A program made the position numbers and the translations under genes. From NCBI GenBank assembly GCA_046156285.1, contig JAZNCB010000047.1, forward strand, positions 1 to 32,710: DNA of 32,710 bases, read 5' to 3'. Shown piece by piece: positions 32,528 through 32,710 of this stretch. Origin of the DNA: Eubacteriales bacterium (lineage in GTDB: Bacteria > Bacillota > Clostridia > Oscillospirales > CAG-272). The notes beneath the pieces are model-generated. The model was given only the letters and a program-made list of their open reading frames with translations, searched no databases and had not been told where the DNA came from. The stretch's first letter is position 1, and each line of letters begins with the position of its first letter.

Positions 32528-32710
32528 TTACTTTATATAGTTGAAGAGCTCTTCTTCAAACTCGGGGCAAAGAGGCTCTGCACCGTTCTCCGTAATTACG
32601 TAGCAGGTTTCAACTCTGAGACCGTTGAGTGTGGGGTGTCCGAAGAAAGATACGTCAACGTTGATAATCATATTCTTTTCAAGCGCTACGTCTCCGCCGG
32701 GGCCAAAGAA
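32528..32710 (-). CDS. C-terminal fragment of an M24 (creatinase/prolidase-fold) family protein, truncated by the window edge
   Basis: My manual minus-strand translation is ...FFGPGGDVALEKNMIINVDVSFFGHPTLNGLRVETCYVITENGAEPLCPEFEEELFNYIK*. The L..NM....v......G.R.E..y.iTenGaEpL pattern is typical of M24 C-termini. It is absent from the ORF track because the start lies outside the window. Confidence 0.5.
   Translation of the reverse strand, partial: FFGPGGDVALEKNMIINVDVSFFGHPTLNGLRVETCYVITENGAEPLCPEFEEELFNYIK

Noticed and set aside
1-32710. Mobile elements, prophage, toxin-antitoxin or phage-defence systems
   Set aside because: I saw no transposase, integrase, recombinase, nuclease/ATPase defence-type ORFs, terminal inverted repeats or tRNA attachment sites. 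All sizeable ORFs are metabolic, regulatory or transport genes.

Overview
The window reads as a chromosomal accessory region for carbohydrate catabolism from a Firmicutes/Clostridia-type anaerobe. That assignment is an inference from AGGAGG-type RBSs, TTGACA-17-TATAAT promoters, rubredoxin, FeoAB and NiaR. I support about 29 CDSs. On the minus strand there is a tightly coupled hexuronate operon, uxaC-uxuB(SDR)-uxuA-M55 peptidase-GH39-RraA-like. There are also modules of Gfo/Idh/MocA oxidoreductase, xylose-isomerase-like TIM-barrel protein and AraC regulator. The remaining genes are niaR, a DUF4234/SHOCT membrane protein, a GH3 enzyme, MscS, rubredoxin, fucO, two uncharacterised proteins (321 and 733 aa), an MFS transporter, feoAB, an FAD oxidoreductase, a PocR-AraC regulator, a GH28-like beta-helix protein, an ASRT-like protein and a truncated M24-fold gene. 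I saw no rRNA, tRNA, CRISPR array, IS element or recognisable defence system. The most unusual signals are non-coding. (1) A promoter is followed by a closed multi-helix RNA of about 160 nt, a UUCG-capped terminator and an RBS upstream of the DUF4234 gene; it matches no riboswitch class I can recognise by eye. (2) Arrays of short GC-rich hairpins with unrelated stem sequences are separated by a conserved WTGAAAT linker, directly 3' of two stop codons. (3) A family of terminator hairpins shares an identical 19-nt core and an adjacent CCTATC box. (4) Several direct repeats spaced 21 or 32 bp look like AraC-type operators. Functional calls come from motif recognition by eye only; no searches were run.
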